Source: an uncultured Bordetella sp. (GTDB taxonomy: Bacteria > Pseudomonadota > Gammaproteobacteria > Burkholderiales > JACQAP01). Taken from it: 57,352 bases of DNA. The notes beneath the pieces were generated by a model that did not search any database, was not told the DNA's origin, and worked only from the letters and a program-made list of their open reading frames with translations. Both the position numbers and the translations under genes were made by a program. Below, piece after piece: positions 8,730-18,246 of the stretch. The stretch covers positions 687-58,038 of the forward strand of contig CAYODB010000001.1 in the NCBI GenBank assembly GCA_964402495.1. The letters run 5' to 3'. Position 1 is the stretch's first letter. The number at the start of each line of letters is the position of its first letter.

Positions 8730-9425
8730 ATGGCCAGACGCATTGCAATCATCGAAGACGATTCCGCGATCCGCGAAAACTACGCGGACGTGCTGCGCCG
8801 CCAGGGCTACGAGGTGGCGACCTTTGCCGACCGCCCGCAAGCGCTGAAGGCGATGCCCACTCGCCTGCCGGATCTGGCGTTGATCGACATCGGCCTGGCG
8901 GACGAGGTGGAAGGCGGCTTCACGCTGTGCCGCGAGTTGCGCGCCCTGTCGCCGAAACTGCCGATCATTTTCCTGACGGCGCACGACGGGGATCTCGATA
9001 CCGTTTCCGGACTGCGCATGGGCGCGGACGACTACCTGACCAAGGACATCAGCCTGCCGCACCTGCTGGCCCGCATCGCCGCGCTGTTCCGGCGCATCGA
9101 AGTCATGGGTGCGCCGCCGGCCGCGGAGGACGTGCTGGAGCGGGGCCGGCTGCGCCTCAACATCAAGCGCATGCAGGCGCACTGGGCGGGCCGGCCCATC
9201 GAACTCACGCTCACCGAATTCTGGATCGTGCATGCGCTCGCCAAGTATCCGGGGCACGTCAAGGACCGCGACGCGCTGATGCGCGACGCCAGCCTGACGG
9301 TGGACGACAGCACCATCACTTCCCACGTCAAGCGCATCCGGCGCAAATTCATCACGCTCGACCCCGAGTTCAATTCGATCCAGAGCATCTATGGGCTGGG
9401 GTATCGCTGGCATGCCGACCGCTGA
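8730..9425 (+). CDS. OmpR-family response regulator (sortase-system associated)
   Basis: MARRIAIIEDD..., receiver domain plus winged-helix C-terminus (YGLGYRW). Divergent from the sortase operon. Confidence 0.9.
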   Translation: MARRIAIIEDDSAIRENYADVLRRQGYEVATFADRPQALKAMPTRLPDLALIDIGLADEVEGGFTLCRELRALSPKLPIIFLTAHDGDLDTVSGLRMGADDYLTKDISLPHLLARIAALFRRIEVMGAPPAAEDVLERGRLRLNIKRMQAHWAGRPIELTLTEFWIVHALAKYPGHVKDRDALMRDASLTVDDSTITSHVKRIRRKFITLDPEFNSIQSIYGLGYRWHADR

Positions 9426-11571
9426 GCGGCGCGCCGGCTTGCGGGCGGGACTGCGGCTCAAGCTGTTGCTGGCGGCCAGCATCCTGCTGCTGATCCCGCT
9501 GCTCGGTTTTCTCTACGTCCGCGAACTCGAACACCTGCTGCTGAAGGTGCAGGAACAGGGCGTTATTTCGACAGCGCGCGCGGTGGGCACGGCGCTCAAC
9601 GACCGGCCGAGCCTGTTCCGCAGCGGCGAGGTCTATCCTTTCGCCCTGGCGCAGGAAAGCGACCTCAAGATCGACAACCTGCCCGCCGCCATTGCCGTCG
9701 ACGGCCAGACCGAAGACTGGGACCGGGAACCCGTGTCGCCGCATTCGGTTGGCGCCGGCGTGGGCAGCCCGGAGTCGCGCGCCTTCTCCGCGCGCTACCG
9801 CATCGGCCGCTACGGCAATTCGATCTACGCGCTGTTCGAGGTTTCGGATCCCAAAGTCGTGCTGCGCGACCCCGATCTGGATGGGCTGCAGACTTCCGAC
9901 CGGCTCGAGATCGCCGCAGTGACGCCGGACGACGAGTTCCTGCGTTTCTCTCTGGACGCGCGTGGAAGCGGTCGCGCATCAGTCTATTTGCTGATGTCCG
10001 ACGACGAACAGGTCCCGGATACCCGCATCTACGGCGTGTTCCGCCTGGTGCCGGGCGGTTACCTGGTCGAACTGCGCCTGCCCCGTTCACTGGTGGGACC
10101 GCGGCTGGGTTTCTCCATCGCGAACGTCGATGACCCGGTTGCCCGCACGCCCGCCGGTTCGATCGGCACCTCGGACACGGCCAGCAAGGAAGCGCTCGGG
10201 GCCGTGCTGGTGCCTTCGCCCGAAGTCAGCGAACTGGTGAGCCGCCTGGGGCGCGCTCGTGCACGCATCTGGGTGCTCGACGTGAATCATCGGGTGATAG
10301 CACAGGCCGGCACCTTGCACGCGCCACCCATCGAGGCCGATCCGGACCGCAGTCCTGTCATGCGTTTCTGGGAAGCGGCGGCAGACATCGTGGTGCGGCC
10401 GATCCTGCGGCTGGCGATGTCCGAACCCAACGAGGATTTCCAGGACATCGCTCCCGGCACTTATCGCCTGGAAGGCCGCGAGATCGAGGAAGCGCTTGCC
10501 GGAGAAACCGGGACGCGCAGGCGGCTCACGCGCGATTCCCGCGCGGTCGTGCTGTCGGCAGCGCATCCGGTCTGGCAGGAAGACAAGGTGGTGGGCGCGG
10601 TGCTCGTGGAGGAAACCACCAACGACGTGCTGGCGCTGCGCAACCGCGCGTTCGAGAAACTCTTCGCCGCCCTGCTCGTGGTTTACCTGGGCGGCACGGC
10701 CACGCTGCTGGTGTTCGCCACGCGGCTTTCGCTGCGAATCCGGCGGCTGCGCGACGAGGCGGAGAAGTCGATCGATTCACACGGCCGCGTGCTCGGCACC
10801 GTCAGCGGCTCGGAGGACGGCGATGAACTGGGTGACCTGTCGCGCAGCTTCGCCGACATCCTGCGCCGGCTGCAGCAGTACACCGGTTACCTCGAAGCGC
10901 TCGCCGGGCGGCTCTCGCATGAATTGCGCACGCCGGTCGCCGTGGTACGTTCGTCCCTGGACAACCTCAAACAGGTCGAGCTGCCGGAAGATGCGCGCAT
11001 TTATCTGCAGCGCGCCGAACAAGGTCTGTCCAGGCTCACCACGATATTCGCGCGCATGAGTGAAGCCACCCGCCTTGAACAGTCCCTGTCATCGGTGGAA
11101 CGCGAACGCTTCGACCTTGCGCAGGTCGTGCAGGGCTGCGTCGAAGGTTACCGTCTCGCGCATCCCGACCGTAACTTCGTGGTGGAAACGGAACCTGTTT
11201 CCTTCCCCGTGCACGGCGCGCCGGACCTGATCGCGCAAATGCTGGACAAGCTTGCCGCCAATGCGGTCGAATTCAGCCCGGCCGGCAGCCGCATTCGCTT
11301 CGGGTTGCGGCGCGAGGGTTCGCGTGCGCGGCTGTCTGTAAGCAACGAGGGCCCGCCGCTGCCCGCCGACATGCAGGACCGGCTGTTCGAATCCATGATT
11401 TCCGTACGCGACAAGAAATCGCAGGAGGACCCGCACCTGGGCCTGGGCCTGTACATCGTGCGCCTGATCGCCGAGTTTCACGGTGCCAGGGCAAGTGCGC
11501 GCAACAAGGATGATGATTCCGGCGTCGAAATCCGCATCGATTTCCCGCTGGCTGAAAATACTATGGCCTAG
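9391..11571 (+). CDS. sensor histidine kinase (sortase-system associated)
   Basis: N-terminal TM, large periplasmic domain, second TM plus HAMP-like segment, H-box LSHELRTP, and HATPase motifs (NAVEF, GLGLYIV). The start could be 9391 or 9412; both overlap the regulator stop. Confidence 0.85.
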   Translation: MGWGIAGMPTAERRAGLRAGLRLKLLLAASILLLIPLLGFLYVRELEHLLLKVQEQGVISTARAVGTALNDRPSLFRSGEVYPFALAQESDLKIDNLPAAIAVDGQTEDWDREPVSPHSVGAGVGSPESRAFSARYRIGRYGNSIYALFEVSDPKVVLRDPDLDGLQTSDRLEIAAVTPDDEFLRFSLDARGSGRASVYLLMSDDEQVPDTRIYGVFRLVPGGYLVELRLPRSLVGPRLGFSIANVDDPVARTPAGSIGTSDTASKEALGAVLVPSPEVSELVSRLGRARARIWVLDVNHRVIAQAGTLHAPPIEADPDRSPVMRFWEAAADIVVRPILRLAMSEPNEDFQDIAPGTYRLEGREIEEALAGETGTRRRLTRDSRAVVLSAAHPVWQEDKVVGAVLVEETTNDVLALRNRAFEKLFAALLVVYLGGTATLLVFATRLSLRIRRLRDEAEKSIDSHGRVLGTVSGSEDGDELGDLSRSFADILRRLQQYTGYLEALAGRLSHELRTPVAVVRSSLDNLKQVELPEDARIYLQRAEQGLSRLTTIFARMSEATRLEQSLSSVERERFDLAQVVQGCVEGYRLAHPDRNFVVETEPVSFPVHGAPDLIAQMLDKLAANAVEFSPAGSRIRFGLRREGSRARLSVSNEGPPLPADMQDRLFESMISVRDKKSQEDPHLGLGLYIVRLIAEFHGARASARNKDDDSGVEIRIDFPLAENTMA

Positions 11572-11575
11572 CACG

Positions 11576-13099
11576 CTATTCGCCGACAGCGATGGCGTCG
11601 TTGGACCCGCGGGGCTGTTTCGTCTTGCCGATGAACAGCAGCAGCGGAAGCGCCGCAAGCGCGACCATGGCGAACATCCAGAAGTCGCTGGTGAAACCGA
11701 GAATCGCCGCCTGCCTGCTGATCTCCTCTTCCAGCCGCATCAGGGATTCCGGGCTGTCCATGCTCCACCCCTGGGGCGTCTGCGACTGCAGTGCCCTGCT
11801 GTACGGCGTTACATGTTCGGTCATTTGCGCGTGCATCATGTTGCTGGTGCGGACGTAGAGCGCGAGCGAACCGGATACGCCAATGCTTGCACCGACGCTC
11901 CGCACCAGGTTGTAAACCGCCGTGGCTTCCGTGCGGCGATGCGGCTCCAGCGACGGGAAGGCGATGACCTGGATCGGCACCAGGATGATGCCGGCGCCGA
12001 TGCCCTGCAGGAAATTGGTCCAGACCAGCGGCCAAACGCCGACGTCGCCCGTCCAGTTCGACATTTCCCAGCTCGAGAAGGCCAGGCACAGCAGGCCGAA
12101 AGCGATCGCGGCGCGCGGATCCACGCGTCCCGTCGTGCGTCCGCCGATGATCATCGCGACGAACAGGCCGAGGCCGCGGGGCGCCTGCAGAAGGCCGATG
12201 GCATCAATGGAATAACCGCGTACGTTGTCGAGGAACGTGGGCATCAACACCATCGGCGGCGTGGTCACGAATCCATAGAGGAACGCGAATACCAGGCCGA
12301 GGAAGAAATTGCGCTGCGCGAACAGGCGCGGATCCAGGAAGGGCTGCTTGGCGGTCAGGCAGTGCACATTGAACATATAAAGGCCCAGCACCGCCAGGCA
12401 GGCTTCCGTGATGATTTCCCAGGACTCGAACCAGTCGAGCTGCCCGCCTCGATCGAGCATCAGCTGCAACGCTCCGATACCGAGCGACAGGCTGAGGAAA
12501 CCGAACCAGTCGAGGGGATGCTTCGGTTCGCGTTTCGTCTCCGGCAGGAAAGCCGCGGAGCCGGCCAGCGCAAGCAGCCCGAAAGGAACGTTGATGTAGA
12601 AAATGTAGCGCCAGCTCAGGTACTCCGTGACATAGCCACCGACCGTGGGGCCGACGAAAGACCCCATTACCGCGGCCATGCCCCAAAGAGCCATGGCCTT
12701 GCCCTGCTCTTCCGGGGGATACGCGTCCAGGATGATGGCGTGGGAAAGCGGAATCAGGAACGCCCCGCCCATGCCCTGGAGCACACGCGAAAATACCTCG
12801 AACGCGAGCGAGTCCGCCGCTCCGCACATCACCGACGCCACCATGAAAACCAGCAACGCCCACAGGAATACGCGCTTGCGGCCGAAGCGCCGGCTCAGCC
12901 AGCCTGCGGATGGAATCGAAATGGCCGAAGCCACGATATACGAGGTTATGACCCACGCTATCTGGTCAGGCGCCGCCGAGAAAGCGCCCTGCATGTGCGG
13001 CAGGGCTACGGCGGCAATGGTCCAGTCGACCGAATAGAGGAAACTCGCCAGCCCGACCGAGGCGGTGATCAGGGCCGGATGTTTCGACGCGCCGGTCAC
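11576..13099 (-). CDS. MFS efflux transporter, DHA2/EmrB family (14-TMS type)
   Basis: 507 aa with LPHMQGAF, ITSYIVASAISIPSAGWLSRRFGRKRVF and GMGGAFLIPL, typical of EmrB/QacA-type pumps. The start abuts the HlyD gene's stop. Confidence 0.9.
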   Translation of the reverse strand: MTGASKHPALITASVGLASFLYSVDWTIAAVALPHMQGAFSAAPDQIAWVITSYIVASAISIPSAGWLSRRFGRKRVFLWALLVFMVASVMCGAADSLAFEVFSRVLQGMGGAFLIPLSHAIILDAYPPEEQGKAMALWGMAAVMGSFVGPTVGGYVTEYLSWRYIFYINVPFGLLALAGSAAFLPETKREPKHPLDWFGFLSLSLGIGALQLMLDRGGQLDWFESWEIITEACLAVLGLYMFNVHCLTAKQPFLDPRLFAQRNFFLGLVFAFLYGFVTTPPMVLMPTFLDNVRGYSIDAIGLLQAPRGLGLFVAMIIGGRTTGRVDPRAAIAFGLLCLAFSSWEMSNWTGDVGVWPLVWTNFLQGIGAGIILVPIQVIAFPSLEPHRRTEATAVYNLVRSVGASIGVSGSLALYVRTSNMMHAQMTEHVTPYSRALQSQTPQGWSMDSPESLMRLEEEISRQAAILGFTSDFWMFAMVALAALPLLLFIGKTKQPRGSNDAIAVGE

Positions 13100-13100
13100 G

Positions 13101-14228
13101 TCAGCGGCGGTTGCCCGCTATCGCGGAAGCCGGTTCAAGGAAGCGCGGCAGCCAGCCGCTGTCCACGAGTTTTTGCACGCTGCGCGGCAGTCCGCGCGGC
13201 CGGCCGGTATCGACGGCAACGCTTACCGTCATACCCGCACGCAATTTTGGCTGTCCCGGCGGTTGTTCGACCTTTATGCGCACCGACACGCGCTGTACGA
13301 CCTTGACCCAGTTGCCAGTGGCGTTCTGCGGCGGCAGTACGGCGAACTCCGCGCCGGTGGCCGCGGCAATGGTATCGACCGCCGCCGGCCACTCGTGATC
13401 CGGATAGGCATCCGCCACGACGACCGCACGCTGGCCGGCCGTCATGTGCGTGAGCTGCGTTTCCTTGTAGTTGGCCTCTATCCAGAGCGGACCGCTTTCG
13501 ATCAGGCTGAACATCGGCGCGCCCTTCTCCACGAATTCGCCGACCCGCAGCTTCATGTTGGTAACAACGCCGGCGACCGGCGCCTTGATCAGCGCACGTG
13601 ACAGGTCGAGCATCGCGGCATCGTAGGCCGCGCGCGCTTCCACGTAGCGCGGCAAGCGTTCCGCCGGCAGGCCTGGATCGCCGGACAATCCGGCCAGGAC
13701 CCGGTTTGTCTTTTCGCGAACGCTGTCGAGCCTGCGCTTCGCCGCTTCCAGGTTGTGATGGGCCTCGTCGTACGTATCGCCCCGGGTCATGCCTTTTTCC
13801 TTGAGGCGTTCCTGGCGCTCGAACTGGCGGGCGAGGAATTCGATGCGCTCGCGCGCCTCCGCCGCTTCCTGCAGGGTGGCCCGATAATCAGCGCGGAGCT
13901 GCTGGACGTCGGAGCGCACGACTTCCATCTGCGCCCGCGCGCCGGTCACGGCGATCTCGTACGGCTCGGGATCGAGCCGGAACAACACGGCACCGGCTTC
14001 CACCTCCTGGTTGTCCTGCACCAGCGTTTCGATGACCCGTCCGGTGACGGCCGAACTGATGGCGACGATGTTCGCCTTGACGTAGGCGTTGTCGGTTTCA
14101 ACTTCCTGTCCGCCGGTGGAATAGATGTACAGCCCGCCCAATACGGCAATCAGCGGCAGCACCACGAGCAGGACGATGCGCACCGCCCGGTGCACGACAA
14201 AAATGGCCCTGTTTTCCGGTTGGGACAT
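13101..14228 (-). CDS. HlyD/EmrA-family membrane fusion protein
   Basis: N-terminal TM, TDNAYVKANIVAISSAVTGRV, a coiled-coil middle region and a barrel C-terminus. Sits between the MarR and EmrB-like genes. Confidence 0.9.
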   Translation of the reverse strand: MSQPENRAIFVVHRAVRIVLLVVLPLIAVLGGLYIYSTGGQEVETDNAYVKANIVAISSAVTGRVIETLVQDNQEVEAGAVLFRLDPEPYEIAVTGARAQMEVVRSDVQQLRADYRATLQEAAEARERIEFLARQFERQERLKEKGMTRGDTYDEAHHNLEAAKRRLDSVREKTNRVLAGLSGDPGLPAERLPRYVEARAAYDAAMLDLSRALIKAPVAGVVTNMKLRVGEFVEKGAPMFSLIESGPLWIEANYKETQLTHMTAGQRAVVVADAYPDHEWPAAVDTIAAATGAEFAVLPPQNATGNWVKVVQRVSVRIKVEQPPGQPKLRAGMTVSVAVDTGRPRGLPRSVQKLVDSGWLPRFLEPASAIAGNRR

Positions 14229-14229
14229 G

Positions 14230-14709
14230 TCAGCGTTTGCGCTTCCCGGCGCCGCCGTTTTCCGGACGCGTGCCGTCGAGGCGCGTGAGGTTGGTCTTTA
14301 TCGCCAGCAAGGCGTCCACGAATTGTTCTTGCTGGACGGCCGACAGCCCTGACAATGCCTCGCGGCGCACATCCGCGGCCGCCGTTCGCATGGTCTTGAT
14401 CGCCGGCTCGACTTCCTCCGTCAGGAACACTCGTTTGGCGCGCCGGTCGCCGGCGTGGCCTTCGCGCCGGATCCAGCCTTTTTGTTCCATGCGGTCAAGC
14501 AGCCGGCCCAGCGTGGCCTTCTTCACTTCCAGGATGTCGGCGAGTTCGGACTGGGTGACGCCGTCGTTGCGGAACAGGTGGTTCAATACCCACCACTGCG
14601 AACGGGTGAGGCCGAGGGACTTCACCCTGCGATCGAAAGTGGTGCGCATCAGGCGCGCCACGTCGTTGAGGATGAAGCCGAAATTGCGGGAAAGGTCTTC
14701 GCGGAACAT
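14230..14709 (-). CDS. MarR family transcriptional regulator
   Basis: 159 aa with a winged HTH (LTRSQWWVLNHLFRNDGVTQSELADIL...LLDRMEQKGWIRR). First gene of the efflux operon. Confidence 0.9.
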   Translation of the reverse strand: MFREDLSRNFGFILNDVARLMRTTFDRRVKSLGLTRSQWWVLNHLFRNDGVTQSELADILEVKKATLGRLLDRMEQKGWIRREGHAGDRRAKRVFLTEEVEPAIKTMRTAAADVRREALSGLSAVQQEQFVDALLAIKTNLTRLDGTRPENGGAGKRKR

Positions 14710-14806
14710 GGTGGGGATTTTACCCGCAATTGGTTGTCTAGCTTACTATATGCCAGGCTATCATCCGGGCTGCTAGAATCCACGTACATCGGGAGGAGCG
14801 ACAAAA

Positions 14807-16024
14807 ATGAAAATAACGGCTGTCGAAACCATCACCCTGGGGGAGTTTCCCAACGTCCTCTGGGTGCATATCCATACCGACGAAGGCATCGTCGGGCTGG
14901 GCGAAACCTTTTACGCGGTGGCTCCCGTCGCCGAGCACATCCACCAGACCGGCGCCGATTACCTGCTGGGCAAGAACCCGCTGGAAATCGACAAGCACAG
15001 CCGCTACTTCCTCAATTCCTACCTCGGCTTCAACAGCGTCGGCGTCGAGATGCGCGCCGCCTCGGCCATCGACATCGCGCTGTGGGACATCTTCGGCCAG
15101 GCCACCGGCCAGCCGATCTATCAACTGCTCGGTGGCGCGTCGCACGACAAGGTACGGGTCTACAACACCTGCGCCGGCTACCAGTACGTGCGCTCCAAGC
15201 CGGTCCAGGGCACGGCGAACTTCGGCCTGCCCGCCAAAGCCGACAAGAAGAACCGCCCTTACGAAGACCTGATGGCGTTCAAGACCGACGCCGGCTCGCT
15301 GGCGAAGTCGCTGCTGGAGATGGGCATCACCGGCATGAAGATCTGGCCGTTCGATGAGGCCGCCGAGGCTTCGAACGGCACCTACATTTCCAATGCCGAC
15401 CTGAAGAAAGCGATGAAGCCTTTCGAACAGATCCGCAAGGCGGTCGGCGACAAGATGGACATCCACGTCGAATTCCATTCGATGTGGAACCTGCCCACCG
15501 CGATCCGCATCGCCGGGGCGCTCGAGCAGTTCGATCCGTTCTGGTACGAAGACCCGATCAAGATGAACAATCTCGATGCACTGACGGATTACGCCCATCG
15601 CACCAACGTCTGGGTCACCGCCTCGGAAACTCTGGGCACGCGCTGGGGCTTCCGCGACCTGTTCCAGAAGCAGGCAGTGTCGGTCTGCATGCTCGACGTG
15701 GGCTGGACCGGCGGCCTGTCGGAATCCAAGAAAATTGCCACCATGGCGGAAGCACACGCCCTGCCGGTCGCGCCGCACGACTGCACCGGCCCGATCCTGC
15801 TGACCGCCTCGGTGCACCTGTCGATGAACTGCCCCAACACCCTGGTGCAGGAAATGGTGCGGGCCTTCTACTACGACTGGTACCGCGACCTGGTCACGCA
15901 ACTGCCTCCCGTGAAGAACGGCTACATCACCGCGCCCAACGGGCCAGGACTGGGAACCAAGCTGCAGCCGTCGGTGTTCAAGCGCAAGGACGTCACTCGC
16001 CGTATTTCGAAACTCAAAAAATAA
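14807..16024 (+). CDS. mandelate racemase/muconate lactonizing enzyme family (enolase superfamily) protein
   Basis: MKITAVETITL...GIVGLGE..., AASAIDIALWDIFGQATGQPIYQLLGG and the metal-ligand regions FWYEDP / ASETL. Confidence 0.9.
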   Translation: MKITAVETITLGEFPNVLWVHIHTDEGIVGLGETFYAVAPVAEHIHQTGADYLLGKNPLEIDKHSRYFLNSYLGFNSVGVEMRAASAIDIALWDIFGQATGQPIYQLLGGASHDKVRVYNTCAGYQYVRSKPVQGTANFGLPAKADKKNRPYEDLMAFKTDAGSLAKSLLEMGITGMKIWPFDEAAEASNGTYISNADLKKAMKPFEQIRKAVGDKMDIHVEFHSMWNLPTAIRIAGALEQFDPFWYEDPIKMNNLDALTDYAHRTNVWVTASETLGTRWGFRDLFQKQAVSVCMLDVGWTGGLSESKKIATMAEAHALPVAPHDCTGPILLTASVHLSMNCPNTLVQEMVRAFYYDWYRDLVTQLPPVKNGYITAPNGPGLGTKLQPSVFKRKDVTRRISKLKK

Positions 16025-16028
16025 GGAC

Positions 16029-16200
16029 AGCGCTCACCGCAGAGGACGCGGAGGACGCAGAGGAAATGAAAATGCGAGAAAATGGATTATGGGTAACACA
16101 CGAAATTGCAGATGTTGCGGGCGCTCCCTCCGTTCCGTCATTTTTTCCTTTAATGCTCCGTATTTCCTCTGCGTCCTCCGCGTCCTCTGCGGTGAGCGCT
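16029..16200. repeat. inverted-repeat intergenic element, copy 2 (perfect 39-bp arms)
   Basis: agcgctcaccgcagaggacgcggaggacgcagaggaaat (16029-16067) is the exact reverse complement of 16162-16200. The arms contain GAGGACGCR 9-mer reiterations around a 94-nt AT-richer core. Confidence 0.8.
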
Positions 16201-16220
16201 TGGATTTAAGGACTTAAGAT

Positions 16221-16541
16221 ATGACTCAAACTGATTCCAGAGTTCTGGTGCTGGCGCCGGGCGACAACGTCGCGATTGCTAAGTCGGACATCCCGGCTGG
16301 CACCACATTGACGGTCATGGGCGCGGCGGTGACGCTCAAAGTCAAGGAAGAGACCGGCCACAAGTTCGCCTTCAAGCCGGTGAAGAAAGGCGAGACCATC
16401 GTCAAGTACGGCGCGCCCATCGGGGTGGCCACTGCGGACATCGCGCCAGGCGATTCCATGCACATCCACAACGTCACCAGCGACTACATTCCGACCTACA
16501 CCCTCGACGAGGGCCACCAGTTTTTCAAGGAAGGACACTGA
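16221..16541 (+). CDS. UxaA-family dehydratase small subunit (SAF domain)
   Basis: 106 aa: DNVAIAKSDIPAGT...GHKFAFKPVKKGETIVKYGAPIGVATADIAPGDSMHIHN, the typical N-terminal SAF module of altronate/galactarate dehydratases. The stop abuts the next gene. Confidence 0.85.
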   Translation: MTQTDSRVLVLAPGDNVAIAKSDIPAGTTLTVMGAAVTLKVKEETGHKFAFKPVKKGETIVKYGAPIGVATADIAPGDSMHIHNVTSDYIPTYTLDEGHQFFKEGH

Positions 16542-16542
16542 C

Positions 16543-17742
16543 ATGACCATCAACGCCTATCTGCGCGCCGACGGACGCAAAGGTATCCGCAACACCCTGG
16601 TTGTCGCTTACCTGGTTGAATGCGCGCACCACGTCTCGCGCGAGATCTACTACCCTTTCCGCGAACAGGGCGCGCACCTGATTGGCTTTCCCGGCTGCTT
16701 CCCTAACGTGTATTCGCACAAGATGATGGAACGTCTGTGCACGCATCCGAACGTCGGTGGCGCCCTGCTCGTCTCGCTCGGCTGCGAAGGCTTCAACAAG
16801 GGCAAGCTGCTGGAAACCGTACGCAAGTCGGGCCGGCCGGTGAAGCTGCTCGAAATTCAGGGAACGGGTGGCACCCGCAAGACCATCGCCGAGGGCAAGG
16901 CCTGGATCGAGCAGACGCTGAAGCAGCTCGAAGACACGCCGCGCGCCACCATGAACATCGACGAGCTGATCGTCGGCACCATCTGCGGCGGGTCCGATGC
17001 AACAAGCGGCCTGACCGCCAACCCTGCCATGGGCCGCGCCTTCGATTTCCTCGTGGAGCAGGACGCCACCTGTATTTTCGAGGAAACCGGCGAACTGATC
17101 GGCATGGAACACTGGATGGCCAAGCGCGCCGAGAACCCTGTACTCGGAGAAGAGATCGTCAAGACGGTAGCCAAGGCGGCGAAGTACTACGCCACGTACG
17201 GACACGCCAGCATCGGACCGGGCAACGCCGACGGCGGATTGACCACCATCGAAGAGAAATCACTCGGTGCGTACGCGAAGTCCGGCCAGTCGGTGATTTC
17301 GGGCATTATCAAACCCGGCGACGTCCCGATCAAGGGCGGCCTCTACCTGCTGGATGTCGTGCCCGACGGCGAACCGTTGTTCGGTTTCCCGAACATCAGC
17401 GACAACGCCGAGATCGCGGAACTTATGGCCTGCGGCAGCCACCTCAGCCTGTTCTCCACCGGCCGCGGCTCGGTGGTCGGCTCGGCGATTGCGCCGGTCA
17501 TCAAGGTCTGCGCGAACCCGGCCACGTTCAAGCGCATGTCGGACGACATGGATGTGGATGCGGGCCGCATCCTCGAAGGCCGCGCAACACTGGACGAAGT
17601 CGGTCGCGAGATTTACGACCTGATCCTGCGCGTGGCGAATGGCGAACAGACCAAGTCAGAAGAACTGGGGCACCAGGAGTTCATCCTGACCTACAAGAGC
17701 TTCGAGCCCATCGGGCCGGCTTGTTTTCCGTCGGCTGCTTAA
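16543..17742 (+). CDS. UxaA-family dehydratase large subunit
   Basis: 399 aa: GIRNTLVVAYLVECAHHV, LGCEGFNKG, ICGGSDATSG and TGRGSVVGSAIAPVIKVCANP match the UxaA/GarD C-terminal domain. Confidence 0.9.
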   Translation: MTINAYLRADGRKGIRNTLVVAYLVECAHHVSREIYYPFREQGAHLIGFPGCFPNVYSHKMMERLCTHPNVGGALLVSLGCEGFNKGKLLETVRKSGRPVKLLEIQGTGGTRKTIAEGKAWIEQTLKQLEDTPRATMNIDELIVGTICGGSDATSGLTANPAMGRAFDFLVEQDATCIFEETGELIGMEHWMAKRAENPVLGEEIVKTVAKAAKYYATYGHASIGPGNADGGLTTIEEKSLGAYAKSGQSVISGIIKPGDVPIKGGLYLLDVVPDGEPLFGFPNISDNAEIAELMACGSHLSLFSTGRGSVVGSAIAPVIKVCANPATFKRMSDDMDVDAGRILEGRATLDEVGREIYDLILRVANGEQTKSEELGHQEFILTYKSFEPIGPACFPSAA

Positions 17743-17760
17743 GGTGCCTACACTTCTACA

Positions 17761-17803
17761 CCCAACGCAGAGGCGCGGAGAACGCAAAGGTCGCAGAGAA
17801 AGG
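17761..17803. repeat. solo arm of the same inverted-repeat family
   Basis: cccaacgcagaggcgcggagaacgcaaaggtcgcagagaaagg resembles the left arms at 5592 and 16029. No matching right arm was found downstream. Confidence 0.4.
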
Positions 17804-17947
17804 CAAACCAAGAAACCAGCCGTTATTTATTACCGATCACAGCCGCCAAGTTGATCCGCAATGCGATTGTGCGATTGGGCCAAGTCTTGAATCGCACCAA
17901 GGTCAGGCCCGATTTGACATGAGTATCCATTCGGATACAATTACTCC

Positions 17948-18217
17948 ATGTACACGCTGCGCCAGACTCAGGAGTTCCAGGACTGGCTCGATGCACTGAA
18001 AGATCTGCGCTCGCAGGTTCGAATAATTGCCCGGCTGCGTCTTGTCGAAGCCGGAAACCTCGGTGAGTGGAAGGCTGTGGGTGGCGGGGTATCGGAAATA
18101 CGTGTCGATGTCGGTCCGGGGTACAGGCTGTACTTCACCCGCCGGGGAACCCTGCTCATCGTCATGCTGGCCGGTGGAGACAAATCCACCCAAAGCCGCG
18201 ACATCAAGCGTGCGTAG
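17948..18217 (+). CDS. type II toxin, RelE/ParE superfamily (HigB-like 'addiction module killer')
   Basis: 89 aa: FQDWLDALKD...RIIARLRLVEAGNLGEWKAVGGGVSEIRVDVGPGYRLYFTRRGTLLIVMLAGGDKSTQSRDIKRA. Confidence 0.85.
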   Translation: MYTLRQTQEFQDWLDALKDLRSQVRIIARLRLVEAGNLGEWKAVGGGVSEIRVDVGPGYRLYFTRRGTLLIVMLAGGDKSTQSRDIKRA

Positions 18218-18246
18218 AAAATCCTCAGACAACTGGAGTTGAAACC

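Noticed and set aside
8558-9493. 311-aa plus-strand ORF and 268-aa minus-strand ORF overlapping the response regulator.
   Set aside because: They are out of frame or antisense to a regulator with clear receiver and winged-helix motifs, and their composition is Arg/Gly/Pro-rich.
11483-13306. 607-aa plus-strand ORF.
   Set aside because: It is antisense to the EmrB-like transporter. The translation is Arg/Ala/Gly/His-rich junk with no motifs, while the minus-strand product has clear MFS features. This is a typical high-GC shadow ORF.
14738-15901. 387-aa minus-strand ORF.
   Set aside because: It is antisense to the enolase-superfamily gene. The same applies to 37891..39018 (antisense to the Rieske gene), 42600..43982 (antisense to the TonB-dependent receptor) and 51007..51963 (antisense to pqqE).
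16022-16213. TAAGGAC on both sides of the perfect inverted-repeat element, as a target-site duplication.
   Set aside because: The right-hand copy is separated from the arm by 6 nt and doubles as the likely RBS (AAGGA) of the next gene. It cannot be distinguished from coincidence with one copy.
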